DNA of 64,000 nt, from positions 6,010 to 70,009 of the forward strand of contig CAZGOI010000001.1 of the NCBI GenBank assembly GCA_964527185.1. Reading direction: 5' to 3'. Numbering within the stretch: the first letter of the stretch is position 1; each line of letters begins with the position of its first letter. The notes under the pieces are model-generated. The model saw only the letters and a list, made by a program, of their open reading frames with translations, had not been told where the DNA came from and did not search any database. This document shows, one piece after another, positions 7,687-17,707 of the stretch. A program made the position numbers and the translations under genes. This stretch comes from an uncultured Candidatus Saccharibacteria bacterium (GTDB lineage Bacteria; Patescibacteriota; Minisyncoccia; Phycocordibacterales; UBA9973).

Positions 7687-8934
7687 TTAGGCTTTTGTTA
7701 TATCTCGAGGGAAAAACATATTGACACACCAATCTACAAATATTTTTATTTTCTTTGACGGTGAAATAAATTTAAATAGGTAGACCACTCGCCAGATGAA
7801 CCAAGCAACTGGTCCACGAAAGTTGAATCGACCAAATTGGGCGACTGCATTCCATTTGCCAATCGAAGCCAAGGACCCTTGCGATTTGTACGAGAATGGC
7901 GCCAGGGCCTTGCCGGCAAAAAACCTTTTGATATTGTGGCCAGTCAAGACGCCTTGTTTTTCGGCTACTTGGGCAAGCATTGGCAATGGCTTGCCATCAG
8001 GGCCAGCTAGACTTGCGATATCGCCAATGGCAAAAATATTTGGGCGATCTTTGATTTGAAGTGTGGGGGTAACGACTATTCTACTCCAGTTATCGAGTAA
8101 AACATTTTGTTCGAATTTAATTGCGTTTGGTTTGACCCCAGCTGTCCAAATTACGTGGTTTACTTTTATTGAAGATTCATCTGTAAAAACTATCTCGTCT
8201 TTACGAACTTCTTTAACGCTCATATTCAATATGACTTTGACTCCATTTCGACGCAGAGTATTGAGTGCATTTTTTCGCAGTATTTGATGGAACGGTAAAA
8301 GAATTTCTTTGTCGCGATTTATTAGATATAGCGTTATGTCTTCGCAACTTATGATCCCGTGATAGTACCGCACAAATGTATCACTAAATAGCTCGGCCAT
8401 CTCAGCCACAAGCTCGACCCCGGTCGGGCCACCACCGACAACCGCAAATGTCAGTTCCTTCATTTTTGTGTCGTGGTTTTTCATTTCTGATGCTTTTTCG
8501 AAAGTTTCGATAAAAGATGTTCGCAACCTGATGGCGTCGCGCAAGTCTTTCAAAACAAAAGTGTATTTATCAGCGCCGGGTGCGTTGAAAAAATTTGTCG
8601 TCGCCCCGAGTGCCACGACCAAAACATCATAGTGCAATTCGTCTATTGTTGTTTTGACTGTATGTTTGTCGCAATCGATAGAGACAACATCGGCGACGTG
8701 CAGTTTGTCGTTGCCTTTGTATATTATCTGCCTGATCGACTCGACGACCTGGTGGTGGGCGATCGAACCAGTCGCAACTTCGTGCAGGAGTGGGGTGAAG
8801 AGAAAATAGTTGGTGCGGTTAACGATGGTTACATCTATCTCGTTTTTATTGAAATATTTATAGAGGCTCTTGTATGTATAGAGCCCCCCAAATCCGGCAC
8901 CTAGTATAACTATTTTTTTCTTCTGTTTTATCAT
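7687..8934 (-). CDS. ndh: Type II NADH dehydrogenase-like FAD/NAD oxidoreductase
   Basis: GAGFGG, FTPLL.EVATG, GGGPTGVELVAE, WTAGV, AIGD and AQVA.KQG motifs. Confidence 0.88.
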   Translation of the reverse strand: MIKQKKKIVILGAGFGGLYTYKSLYKYFNKNEIDVTIVNRTNYFLFTPLLHEVATGSIAHHQVVESIRQIIYKGNDKLHVADVVSIDCDKHTVKTTIDELHYDVLVVALGATTNFFNAPGADKYTFVLKDLRDAIRLRTSFIETFEKASEMKNHDTKMKELTFAVVGGGPTGVELVAEMAELFSDTFVRYYHGIISCEDITLYLINRDKEILLPFHQILRKNALNTLRRNGVKVILNMSVKEVRKDEIVFTDESSIKVNHVIWTAGVKPNAIKFEQNVLLDNWSRIVVTPTLQIKDRPNIFAIGDIASLAGPDGKPLPMLAQVAEKQGVLTGHNIKRFFAGKALAPFSYKSQGSLASIGKWNAVAQFGRFNFRGPVAWFIWRVVYLFKFISPSKKIKIFVDWCVNMFFPRDITKA

Positions 8935-9020
8935 CTATCTTATTATTTTATGATAAAATTGCTTATTCTACAAATAAAAATTCGACGCCGTAGCGCCGAA
9001 TTTAATGGGTAACATAAACC

Positions 9021-9596
9021 TTAGAAACCGACTGGGCCAATACCTTCTTTTTCCCAAAGTTCTTTTCCGAGGTTAGGATCGCCATTTCCGAAACTTTTCA
9101 GTTCTTTGGATTTTGAATAATCAAAGGGTTTCTCTTTTGGTTTGCTTTCTCCTTTTTCATTATTTTCAAATTTCTGTTTCATCTCCTTGCGGTACTTGGC
9201 TGCTTCCACGCCGACAAAATGCATAAAAATTTTGGGGGCAATCTTCTGAAGGTCAGTACCTGAAACCCATGATAGATAAGCTGAAAAAATAAACGCTGTC
9301 CCTTTTATTTCATTTTGTCTGATCCGTACCAAATGCTTTATACCGGGCACTTGGTGCAAGCCCTCAACGTAAGCAAATCTACCGATGAATAAGTTTGAGT
9401 GGTAGCCGAGTTTTCGATAATAGCTAAAGAGTATTTCCATCCGTTCTTCTATGGTTTTACTATTTGCTTCAAAAAACTCTTGGCAGGCAGCTTTGAAGGC
9501 GTGATATCGGTTAACAATTTCAAGACAGGTCTTGCCTATTACAAGCAGGAGCTGACTTCTTTTTTGGGGAGTAAAAAATTCTATTTGATTTTTCAT
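9021..9596 (-). CDS. Hypothetical protein
   Basis: 191-aa ORF with its own promoter-like TTGAC...TATAAT upstream and a hairpin downstream. Confidence 0.65.
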   Translation of the reverse strand: MKNQIEFFTPQKRSQLLLVIGKTCLEIVNRYHAFKAACQEFFEANSKTIEERMEILFSYYRKLGYHSNLFIGRFAYVEGLHQVPGIKHLVRIRQNEIKGTAFIFSAYLSWVSGTDLQKIAPKIFMHFVGVEAAKYRKEMKQKFENNEKGESKPKEKPFDYSKSKELKSFGNGDPNLGKELWEKEGIGPVGF

Positions 9597-9713
9597 AACA
9601 AAGAGGTTTTATTGATTACATTATAAAACCAAATAGATTAAAGTCAAGTGGGGTTGGGTCCACCGGGCGATTTATATTTTTGCGATCTATTTTGAATTTT
9701 TAGTTTGAGATAT

Positions 9714-10190
9714 CTAGATCGGGCACCCACCGTATGGGGGTTTTGATGTTACTTTGTTGAATGTAATTGTTTGATTTACAAAATCTATTTTAATCAACTT
9801 CTCAGACACGCCTTCGCAGGCATAACCTATGTCATCACCCACATTTATAGTTTTTGGTTGGCCACTCATCATCGCAACTGGGTATGATTGGTACCATAAA
9901 CCATCGACAGTTGTTTGATTAATTTTTTTAACCTCAAAAGAACCTTCGCGCTCTCCGACACGCAGAATAACCCGGGTACCATTTGGTGATGGCGGTGTAT
10001 TTTGGTTAATTGGATTCGGATTGTTGTAAGGAGGATTGGGTAGGATATTTGTAATCGGGTTTGGGTTGTAAGAAGAATTATTATATAGAGAAGTTGTCGC
10101 AGGTCGCTCTAAAAGAGTGCGTGTGGCGGCGGCGACAATTAAAGCCAGCAAGATTACCAATATTATTTGTAGAAAACCTTTGTTTTTCAT
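9714..10190 (-). CDS. Hypothetical membrane-anchored or secreted protein
   Basis: N-terminus KNKGFLQIILVILLAL resembles a prepilin-like leader, followed by an Asn/Pro-rich linker and Cys residues near the C-terminus. Confidence 0.7.
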   Translation of the reverse strand: MKNKGFLQIILVILLALIVAAATRTLLERPATTSLYNNSSYNPNPITNILPNPPYNNPNPINQNTPPSPNGTRVILRVGEREGSFEVKKINQTTVDGLWYQSYPVAMMSGQPKTINVGDDIGYACEGVSEKLIKIDFVNQTITFNKVTSKPPYGGCPI

Positions 10191-10323
10191 AGCATTTATT
10201 TATACCATTATATTGTATCACATGTAGACAAATATATGTCTAGGTCCTGTCAAACTCCCGCCATTTTGAGGAGATATTATAAAAGGGCGGGGATGGCTCC
10301 CGTGAAATACAAAACTGCAAGTA

Positions 10324-10566
10324 TTATCTTAAGAAAAGAGCAACGATACTTACAACTATCGCTAGTATTGAAATAATTATAGCGTAACGCGAATTATTAG
10401 CATCATCTTTTTTCAAAAGTGCATCAATGATAATTTGACGCTCGATAGTTCCATTTGAATTTCCGTATGAACGAATTTTCCACTTATTTGCCTCAGCTTC
10501 AAGCTCAGCATCGTTCATTCGATAGTACTTATTAACTGAAATAATGTTCAGAAATTTATTTAACAT
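10324..10566 (-). CDS. Small protein with a C-terminal TM helix
   Basis: 80-aa ORF overlapping the protease stop, with a hydrophobic C-terminus. Confidence 0.6.
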   Translation of the reverse strand: MLNKFLNIISVNKYYRMNDAELEAEANKWKIRSYGNSNGTIERQIIIDALLKKDDANNSRYAIIISILAIVVSIVALFLR

Positions 10567-11488
10567 AAGTGATGTTATTTATGTTTTGTACAACCCCACC
10601 ATTTTCATAGTTACCGGTGCTTACCCATGTAGGAATACCAAGGAGACAAAGTTGATCTTGGGGATTAAGTGATAACGCTACACCTCCTGAATTTCCGCTA
10701 TCGATTTTTGCTGAGATAATATAGTTAGAATACGGAGCATTTAACGAGGATGCTCCACCATAGCCACTTATTACACCGTTGGTTGTGATGAGGGCAGACC
10801 CTCTGCCATATGCCGGATATCCCAATGCAATAACTGGTGAGCCTTGTGCCATATTGTTTACACATTTTGGCAAATCGCCGACTTTATAATCAAGAGTACT
10901 TATCACAGGAAAGTTAAAAGGAACTGTGCCAGTTATTTTATGGGGGTTGCTAAATTCGTGAAGTTTTAATACCGCAACATCTGAAAAAGTATTCCACGTA
11001 GTTGATTCGGCGGGATAAATTGAATACATACCTAATCCATTCGTCATGACATCAATAACGGTACATGATCCGTCACTTTCCGCACCTTGGTTTATTACAT
11101 GGTTATTGGTCACTACAAAATATCCATTATTAAATTTCCACAGTGAGCCCGTGCCACTATCTTTAGGACACTCAATTTCCACAACGCCGTCGAGAATAGA
11201 CGCAAGTTGTTCAGAAGTAATTTGATTTGACGAGTTTGAGGTTGGGGCAGAAACCTGTTTGATTATTGTTTGTAGTTTTTTATTTTTCAAATCCTCGACT
11301 TCTTTTTTAAGAGTATCCATCTGGTCTTGCTGAGAATTAGATTGAGTTGTAGCAGAGGAATTATCTTGCGGAGTCAAATTCTGATGTTTTTGAGAAAACA
11401 AAACATAACCACCCAACCCGAGCAGGGCGATAAGTAAAATAATCACGACTGGATTATTAAAATGATTTTGTTGATTTTCTGATTCCAT
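10556..11488 (-). CDS. Membrane-anchored trypsin-like (S1) serine protease
   Basis: N-terminal TM and coiled coil; catalytic triad motifs VTNNHVI, DVAVLKL and IDSGNSGG. Confidence 0.88.
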   Translation of the reverse strand: MESENQQNHFNNPVVIILLIALLGLGGYVLFSQKHQNLTPQDNSSATTQSNSQQDQMDTLKKEVEDLKNKKLQTIIKQVSAPTSNSSNQITSEQLASILDGVVEIECPKDSGTGSLWKFNNGYFVVTNNHVINQGAESDGSCTVIDVMTNGLGMYSIYPAESTTWNTFSDVAVLKLHEFSNPHKITGTVPFNFPVISTLDYKVGDLPKCVNNMAQGSPVIALGYPAYGRGSALITTNGVISGYGGASSLNAPYSNYIISAKIDSGNSGGVALSLNPQDQLCLLGIPTWVSTGNYENGGVVQNINNITYVK

Positions 11489-11545
11489 TATCTCAGTAAT
11501 TATATCAAGAAACCTTTATTTTACCTCAATTCAAAGTTGCCAATC

Positions 11546-11635
11546 TGGCGGAGGAGAAGAGATTCGAACTCTTGATGCCGTTTCCGACATACATCCTTTC
11601 CAGGGATGCCGATTCAACCACTCTCGCACTCCTCC
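11546..11635 (-). tRNA. tRNA-Ser(GGA)
   Basis: GGAGGAG acceptor stem, anticodon arm CATCC-CTGGAAA-GGATG, long variable arm, GTTCGAATC T-loop and encoded CCA. Confidence 0.96.
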
Positions 11636-11647
11636 AAGAAATTTTGT

Positions 11648-12169
11648 TTATTTAATTACGATTGGCACGAGGATGTCTTTGTCGTTTTTAGGGTCGCCGG
11701 AAGCATTGTCATTTTTTATTTCGATAAATGCCTGGCCGGGTTTGACTTGGGATAGATCTAAAATCCCAGCAAAGGCCACGGGGTCGCTCGTCATCCACTT
11801 TGTAATAGCCTCGGCGTGGTTTTTTATTATCGGTTGCTTATTTTTGTCTAAGATATTAACCAAAACATTTCCTTCGAAAAAATAACCATTTTGCACCGAC
11901 CCAGCATAGCCAACAATATCTCTCGGCAATACGCTGCCCGGCCAAATCGAAAAGTAGACGAGGTCTTTTTTGTTTCCCGAAATTTCGGTTGCTGCCTGTA
12001 GATCGGCAGAGTTATTTATAGAAGTCTTGTCGCGACCACCGAGCATCGGGAAGTAGGTATACCTGTCCTGCCACATATAGCGCAGAGCGACAACCATGAG
12101 CACGATTAAAACAAAAAGCAATACTGTGTTTAATTTTGACCCAAAAAACCAAAATTTGTTATTTTGCAT
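11648..12169 (-). CDS. Membrane-anchored Gmad2-like Ig-domain protein
   Basis: N-terminal TM and YFFEGNVLVNILD...WMT...DNASG pattern. Start taken at MQNNKF (12169). Confidence 0.7.
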   Translation of the reverse strand: MQNNKFWFFGSKLNTVLLFVLIVLMVVALRYMWQDRYTYFPMLGGRDKTSINNSADLQAATEISGNKKDLVYFSIWPGSVLPRDIVGYAGSVQNGYFFEGNVLVNILDKNKQPIIKNHAEAITKWMTSDPVAFAGILDLSQVKPGQAFIEIKNDNASGDPKNDKDILVPIVIK

Positions 12170-12170
12170 T

Positions 12171-13052
12171 TTATTTTTTCTTTTGTAAATTTTTAAACAT
12201 GACAAGGAGCGGCGAAGCCAAGAATATCGAAGAGTAGGTTCCAAAGAACATGCCGGCGACCAGCATCATGGCAAAAACTTTTGTACTCTTTGGGCCAAAG
12301 AAAACGAGCGACAAGAGCACGATGATAACGGTCGATGAAGTCGCAATCGAACGGGTGTAAACTTGCTCGAGGCTTCGGCCGACTGTCTCTTCAAATGTTT
12401 TAAAGTGGCCGACTCGAATATTTTCGCGAATACGATCAAATACCACTATCGTGTCTGAAACCGATAGGCCAAGGACGGTCAAAACCGCGACGACAAACAG
12501 GGTGTCGACTTCGGTGCCGTATATATGCGAGAGGATGGCAAATGCCCCGACCGGAATCATGATGTCGTGAATGAGGGTGATGATGGCGATCAATCCGTAT
12601 TTCCATGAAGAGACTGGTTTTGAAACTTTGCGGAAAGAAAACGCTATGAAAAATATTATACCTAGAGATACCAGAATAAATGAAATTATAGATTTTCGCA
12701 CGAGTTCGGCGCCGACCGATGGGCCGATAGATGTGAAGCTTTTTTCTGTGGCATTTGGGCCAAGGGCTTTGACTATCGATGCGCGCTCGGCATCGTTTAT
12801 AGCCTTTGTCTTTATGCTATAACCAGTCTCCCCTGTCGGTTGGACAACAAATTCGCCGAGCGAAAGCGGGGCAAGGTCGGTCTCGATAACACTCTGGGTT
12901 GGCAGCGGGCCTGTGAATTCTATTTCAGAGAGCGAACCGCCTTTAAAATCAATCCCCAATTTTAAACCAAAAATACTGATAGCGATTATAGACAAAAGCA
13001 CGAGTCCGGCTGAAATGAGTACGAATATTTTTTTGTTTTTGATTACGAACAT
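12171..13052 (-). CDS. secF: Protein translocase subunit SecF
   Basis: LGIDFKGG, IGPSVG.EL, HD, DTIVVFDRIREN and GTYSSIFLA motifs. Confidence 0.96.
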   Translation of the reverse strand: MFVIKNKKIFVLISAGLVLLSIIAISIFGLKLGIDFKGGSLSEIEFTGPLPTQSVIETDLAPLSLGEFVVQPTGETGYSIKTKAINDAERASIVKALGPNATEKSFTSIGPSVGAELVRKSIISFILVSLGIIFFIAFSFRKVSKPVSSWKYGLIAIITLIHDIMIPVGAFAILSHIYGTEVDTLFVVAVLTVLGLSVSDTIVVFDRIRENIRVGHFKTFEETVGRSLEQVYTRSIATSSTVIIVLLSLVFFGPKSTKVFAMMLVAGMFFGTYSSIFLASPLLVMFKNLQKKK

Positions 13053-13053
13053 A

Positions 13054-14436
13054 TTATTTTTGCGCTTTGGCAGAAGTAAATCCCGACCCGAATAAAAAAT
13101 TTGTAACCTTGCTTGTCTTTTCAATATTTAGAGCGTGGAGGAATAATTTTGTTATCGAAATGGCTGAGATCATCGAGACGAGAACTCCGATTAGAAATGT
13201 CAGAGCAAAGCCTTGAATCAAAGTCGTGCCAAACCAATACAAAATAATAGCGGTAATGATGCTCGAGACATTTGAATCGCGAATCGAAAACCAGGCTCTT
13301 GAAAATCCATTTTTAATAGATTCACCAATGGTGCGACCACCCCGAAGTTCTTCTTTGATACGCTCGAAAATAAGGACGTTGGCATCAACCGCAATACCAA
13401 TCGATATGATGAACCCGGCAATGCCTGCGGCGGTTAAGGTGACTGGAATGAGTTTAAACAATGCAAGCATCAGCGCCACATATATAGAAAGAGCGAGGAC
13501 TGCAACCAAGCCAGGGAGTCTGTACCAAATAATCAAAAATATGGCGATGGCTAAAAACCCGATTAAAGCTGCTTTGACACCAGCGTTGGTCGCCTGGACA
13601 CCAAGCGATGGGCCGATAGTTTCGGTAGAGATTAGATTTATCGGCACAGGCAGTGCCCCAGAATTTAGGCGGCCAACTAAAGTTTTTGCTTCTTGCGGTT
13701 TGAAATGGCCAGTGATTTGAGCTTTGCCACCAGTGATAACTTCATTGACTGTCGGAGCCGAGATAACTTGGCCGTCTAGGAATATGGCAACTGTTTTGCC
13801 GACATTTTCTCGTGTAATTTTTTCAAATAAAGCTGCGCCGGCGGAATTAAATTGCAGCGAGACTATCGGCTCGCCTGTCGTCTGGTCAAATTCAAGTGTC
13901 GCCTTGTCTAGGTATCTGCCGGTTAGCCCAGTTGAAACATATGGGTCTGGGGCAGTTAGATTGACTTTGCCATCTTTGCCAACTTGAACTTTCTGTGGAG
14001 CATTTTGATTTGGATTTAGAGTTTTAAATTCGAGCACAGGTGTCTGGCCGATCATTTCGATTGCATTAGAGACATCTGTTACGCCTGGCAGGTCAACGAT
14101 CAATCGCTCTTCGCCGGCGTTCGAGAAGCCGCCATTTTCTACTTGAACAATTGGCTCGGAAACACCAAAGGTATTGACCCGGCGTTCGATAACATCACGG
14201 AGTGCATTCATAGAGTCGTTGACATCATTTGGGGCAACATTTGAAACATCGGCATGGTAGACCAAGTGGCTACCGCCAGAGAGGTCGAGGCCGAGTTTGA
14301 ATGGAAATTTGGAGACACCCGTTGGTGTGGCATCTTTTGCGAGCTTGCGGTGGGCCATCTCGGATTTATAAACAAAAAACCCGACTCCGAAGCCGATGGC
14401 TAAAATGACAAGCGCCGTAATTCTCTTTTTCCACAT
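13054..14436 (-). CDS. secD: Protein translocase subunit SecD
   Basis: LGLDLSGG, RRVNTFGVSEP, SGALPVP and AVDANVLIFERIKEE motifs. Confidence 0.97.
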   Translation of the reverse strand: MWKKRITALVILAIGFGVGFFVYKSEMAHRKLAKDATPTGVSKFPFKLGLDLSGGSHLVYHADVSNVAPNDVNDSMNALRDVIERRVNTFGVSEPIVQVENGGFSNAGEERLIVDLPGVTDVSNAIEMIGQTPVLEFKTLNPNQNAPQKVQVGKDGKVNLTAPDPYVSTGLTGRYLDKATLEFDQTTGEPIVSLQFNSAGAALFEKITRENVGKTVAIFLDGQVISAPTVNEVITGGKAQITGHFKPQEAKTLVGRLNSGALPVPINLISTETIGPSLGVQATNAGVKAALIGFLAIAIFLIIWYRLPGLVAVLALSIYVALMLALFKLIPVTLTAAGIAGFIISIGIAVDANVLIFERIKEELRGGRTIGESIKNGFSRAWFSIRDSNVSSIITAIILYWFGTTLIQGFALTFLIGVLVSMISAISITKLFLHALNIEKTSKVTNFLFGSGFTSAKAQK

Positions 14437-14476
14437 AATGGCCTTATTCTATAGGCTTTTGGCAAAATATGCAACC

Positions 14477-15259
14477 CTATTTAAGAAAAAGTACTGAAAG
14501 GACTACGAGGCCGAGGATAACCCTGTACCAACCAAAAATTTTAAATGAATGGGTCTTGATGTAGTTTATGAGCCACCTGATGACAACAATAGCAACCACA
14601 AAGCTGACGATAAAACCGAGGGTAAGGGTTCCCCACTCGTCTTTTGAAAAAGAAAAACCAGATTTGTATATATCATAGAGCGTAGCCAAAAGCATCGTCG
14701 GTATAGCGAGCAAAAATGAAAATTCGGTGATAACTTCACGAGGAAGCCCGAGCATTCGCCCACCGACTATAACCGCGCCAGATCTCGAGACCCCAGGCAC
14801 AACGGCAAGAGATTGGGCAAAGCCTAGGGTGAGAAGGTCGCGTAGTGAAAGCGATTCGATATTTTTTGAAATAATTTTTTTTGAACTCTTGCTTGCTTTT
14901 GATTCATAAACGAGGATGATGATCCCTCCGAAAAACAGCATCGAAGCCGCGATCGCCAAGTTGCCCAAGAGAAATGATTTGATTATTTTATAGAGCAAGA
15001 AGCCGACAATACCAGTTGGAATGAAGGCAAGCAATATAGCCAGAAAATATTTTGAAGACGAGAATATTTTCTTTGCATACAAAACGACGACTGCGGCGAT
15101 CGCCCCAAGCTGAATGATGATTTCAAAACTTTTTATAAAATTACTGCTTGCAATGTGCAAAATATTTTGAGTAATCTCGAGGTGGGCGGTCGAAGAGATT
15201 GGTAAAAATTCTGTGATACCTTCGACTATGCCTAAAATGATTGTATGGATAATTGTCAT
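14477..15259 (-). CDS. uppP: Undecaprenyl-diphosphate phosphatase
   Basis: GIVEGITEFLPISSTAH, PGVSRSG and EFSFLLAIP motifs. Confidence 0.96.
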   Translation of the reverse strand: MTIIHTIILGIVEGITEFLPISSTAHLEITQNILHIASSNFIKSFEIIIQLGAIAAVVVLYAKKIFSSSKYFLAILLAFIPTGIVGFLLYKIIKSFLLGNLAIAASMLFFGGIIILVYESKASKSSKKIISKNIESLSLRDLLTLGFAQSLAVVPGVSRSGAVIVGGRMLGLPREVITEFSFLLAIPTMLLATLYDIYKSGFSFSKDEWGTLTLGFIVSFVVAIVVIRWLINYIKTHSFKIFGWYRVILGLVVLSVLFLK

Positions 15260-15756
15260 AATTTTTTATAAAAATATATGAGCACTCGGCTCGAAAGGAA
15301 ACCAAGGATGCCTCCAGCTATTATATCAGAAGGATAGTGCAACCCGATAATGAGACGCGAGATGCTGATCAAAATGGCAGCTAAAAACATTATGATTCCA
15401 ACTTTCCTATTGAGAAAATACGAGCTCGTCGCCACGGCAAATGCGATGGCCGCGTGTTCTGATGGAAAAGAAAAATCTGTTTCAGAGACAAGCGGTATCA
15501 ATTTCAGAGAAACAAACGGCCGCGGAATATGGAAAAATAGCTTTAAATAATAAGCTAAAATCCAGGCGAGGGCGCCAGAGAGAGCAAGTAGGCAAAGAGA
15601 GCGGGTTTTATTTTTTGAAAAAATGAGTACAAGCAGGATGGCAACAACTGGCCCAACATACATAACAAACGGCGAATAAGAAAAAAATATTGCCAGGTTT
15701 GCAATAGAATGAATACTGGATAGATTGAAGAAAAAATAAAATATTGCGAGGTTCAT
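15256..15756 (-). CDS. PAP2-family phosphatase
   Basis: K...RP, SFPSEH and SRLIIGLHYPSD motifs. Confidence 0.9.
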   Translation of the reverse strand: MNLAIFYFFFNLSSIHSIANLAIFFSYSPFVMYVGPVVAILLVLIFSKNKTRSLCLLALSGALAWILAYYLKLFFHIPRPFVSLKLIPLVSETDFSFPSEHAAIAFAVATSSYFLNRKVGIIMFLAAILISISRLIIGLHYPSDIIAGGILGFLSSRVLIYFYKKL

Positions 15757-16586
15757 TTGGTTTTTAATTTTTCTGCTACGTGAAAAACATTTGATAGGAG
15801 CATGGCCACAGTCACCGGCCCGACGCCGCCTGGGGTCGGCGAGACAACGCTCGCCACCGGCAAAACTGACGGCAGATTGACATCGCCGACGATGCCGGAA
15901 TTAGATTCTGACGTTCCTGCATCGATGACGATTGCTCCTCTCTTTATCATATCACCTTTTATGTAGTTGCCGTGGCCGATAGCTGTGATTAAAATATCGG
16001 CTGAAGCAATTAATTCATTTTTATTTTTTGTTTCGCTCGATATCGTGGCGACATCATAGCCTCGGCTCTTGAGTAAATAAGAAACTGGCCGACCGACCAA
16101 AATCCCCTGTCCTGCCATAACAATTTTTTTATTTGAAAGCTCTACGCCAAGCGAATCAAGAATCCGCAGGCAGGCAAGAGCCGTCGGAAAAGCCAGAACA
16201 CTGGCACCACTATAGAAATTTTTTTGTGATTTTTGGCTTAGGCAATCGACGTCGATGCGCTCGTCGATGGCGTCGAGGGCTTGATCTTGATCTATATGTT
16301 TTGGTAATGGTAGTTGAACGATCAGACCGCACATGTTTGGCATTTTATTTATTTTTTTTATTTCTTCGACAAGTTCAATGGTCGAAATATTTTCATCAAA
16401 CTTCGCCTGATGAAAATCTATACCGACCGACTTAGCATTTTTCTCTTTCATATTTACATATTGCAAAGAGACTGGGTCATTGCCGACAATGACGTCGCAG
16501 AAAACTGGTCTAAAATCGAGCTTTGCTACTTGTTTTTTCAGGTCGTTTAATATTTCTTTTTTTATTTTTTGGCCGTCGATTATCAT
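15753..16586 (-). CDS. folD: Methylenetetrahydrofolate dehydrogenase/cyclohydrolase
   Basis: IIDG, VQLPLP, DVD, VIDAG and PGGVGPVTVAML motifs. Confidence 0.94.
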   Translation of the reverse strand: MIIDGQKIKKEILNDLKKQVAKLDFRPVFCDVIVGNDPVSLQYVNMKEKNAKSVGIDFHQAKFDENISTIELVEEIKKINKMPNMCGLIVQLPLPKHIDQDQALDAIDERIDVDCLSQKSQKNFYSGASVLAFPTALACLRILDSLGVELSNKKIVMAGQGILVGRPVSYLLKSRGYDVATISSETKNKNELIASADILITAIGHGNYIKGDMIKRGAIVIDAGTSESNSGIVGDVNLPSVLPVASVVSPTPGGVGPVTVAMLLSNVFHVAEKLKTK

Positions 16587-17701
16587 ATACCTAAGAATTC
16601 GTTGCGCATATCGTCTTTGTGGGCAACGCGTTTATATCTGTTCATACCCATCAGTATGCCGAGACCGACAAACTCTGTTAAAAGATGCGAGCCACCATAG
16701 CTCATAAAAGGCAGGGTCACCCCAGTCACCGGCATAACACCGATGTTCATACCTATGTTTATTATGAATTGGCTCATGAAATAAATAGCGAGCCCTACCC
16801 CGTAGAGGATTTCAAAATTTGTCGCCCCGAGGAGGGCGATGTGCAGTACCCGCCAGACGATGAGACCGATCAAGATAAACAAAAGTATGGCCCCGACAAA
16901 GCCCCACTCTTCGCCAAAAGCCGCAAAGATAAAATCATTTTGATATTCGGGCAAAAAATTGAGACGCGATTGGGTGCCAAAGCCGACGCCCTTGCCAAAA
17001 AGTTTTCCCGAACCGACGGCAATCGTCGACTGGTATATGTTATAGCCCGAGCCGTGGATATTTGAAAGCGGTTCGACAAAATTTACAATTCTTGCTTTTT
17101 GGTATGGAGCAAAAACAAAAACCCAGAGCATAGCAAAAGCTACTACCCCAACGCCAAGCACGACTAGTATGTGGCGGCCAGAAATCCCCGAGATGAGCGT
17201 CATGCCAAGCCAGATAAAAAATATGATAATTGCCCCGCCAAAGTCCGGCTGAAACAACACGAGCAGAAACGGAATCAGGGCATAGAGGCCAGAAATAAAA
17301 ATGTGTTTGAAATTATCGATCTCGACGTGCCGGCGCGAAAAATATTTTGCAAGCATGAGGATGACGACGAGTTTCATCATGTCTGAAGGTTGAAAAGAAA
17401 AAAGACCGAACGAAAACCAACTCTTGGCCCCGTTTGAAATATGCCCGCCGACAAACAAAATGAGAAGCAGCGCAGAGAAGATTGAAAACAGGACAACTAG
17501 AATTTCTGTTCGCTTTAAAAAACGGAAATCAAAATACGACAACCCAAAAAAAACAACAAAAGAAATCGCTATCCATATCAATTGGTGCGAGAAATACGGC
17601 GTCTCTTCGGTAAAAGACTTCATCGTCACGAGACCGGCGCCGAGCACCGGCAAAATAAAAAGAAATAGGAGCCAATCGATCTGGGGCAAGCGGAGTTTCA
17701 T
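16583..17701 (-). CDS. rodA: SEDS family peptidoglycan polymerase (RodA)
   Basis: GAKSW, FQPS, QPDFG, LPEYQNDFIF..FGEEWG and PVTGVTLPFMSYGGS motifs. Confidence 0.9.
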   Translation of the reverse strand: MKLRLPQIDWLLFLFILPVLGAGLVTMKSFTEETPYFSHQLIWIAISFVVFFGLSYFDFRFLKRTEILVVLFSIFSALLLILFVGGHISNGAKSWFSFGLFSFQPSDMMKLVVILMLAKYFSRRHVEIDNFKHIFISGLYALIPFLLVLFQPDFGGAIIIFFIWLGMTLISGISGRHILVVLGVGVVAFAMLWVFVFAPYQKARIVNFVEPLSNIHGSGYNIYQSTIAVGSGKLFGKGVGFGTQSRLNFLPEYQNDFIFAAFGEEWGFVGAILLFILIGLIVWRVLHIALLGATNFEILYGVGLAIYFMSQFIINIGMNIGVMPVTGVTLPFMSYGGSHLLTEFVGLGILMGMNRYKRVAHKDDMRNEFLGI

Positions 17702-17707
17702 AAAATT

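Noticed and set aside
10225-10320. GC-richer intergenic stretch as SRP RNA or an att site
   Set aside because: No SRP GGAA-loop motif and no same-strand copy of the tRNA-Ser 3' end.
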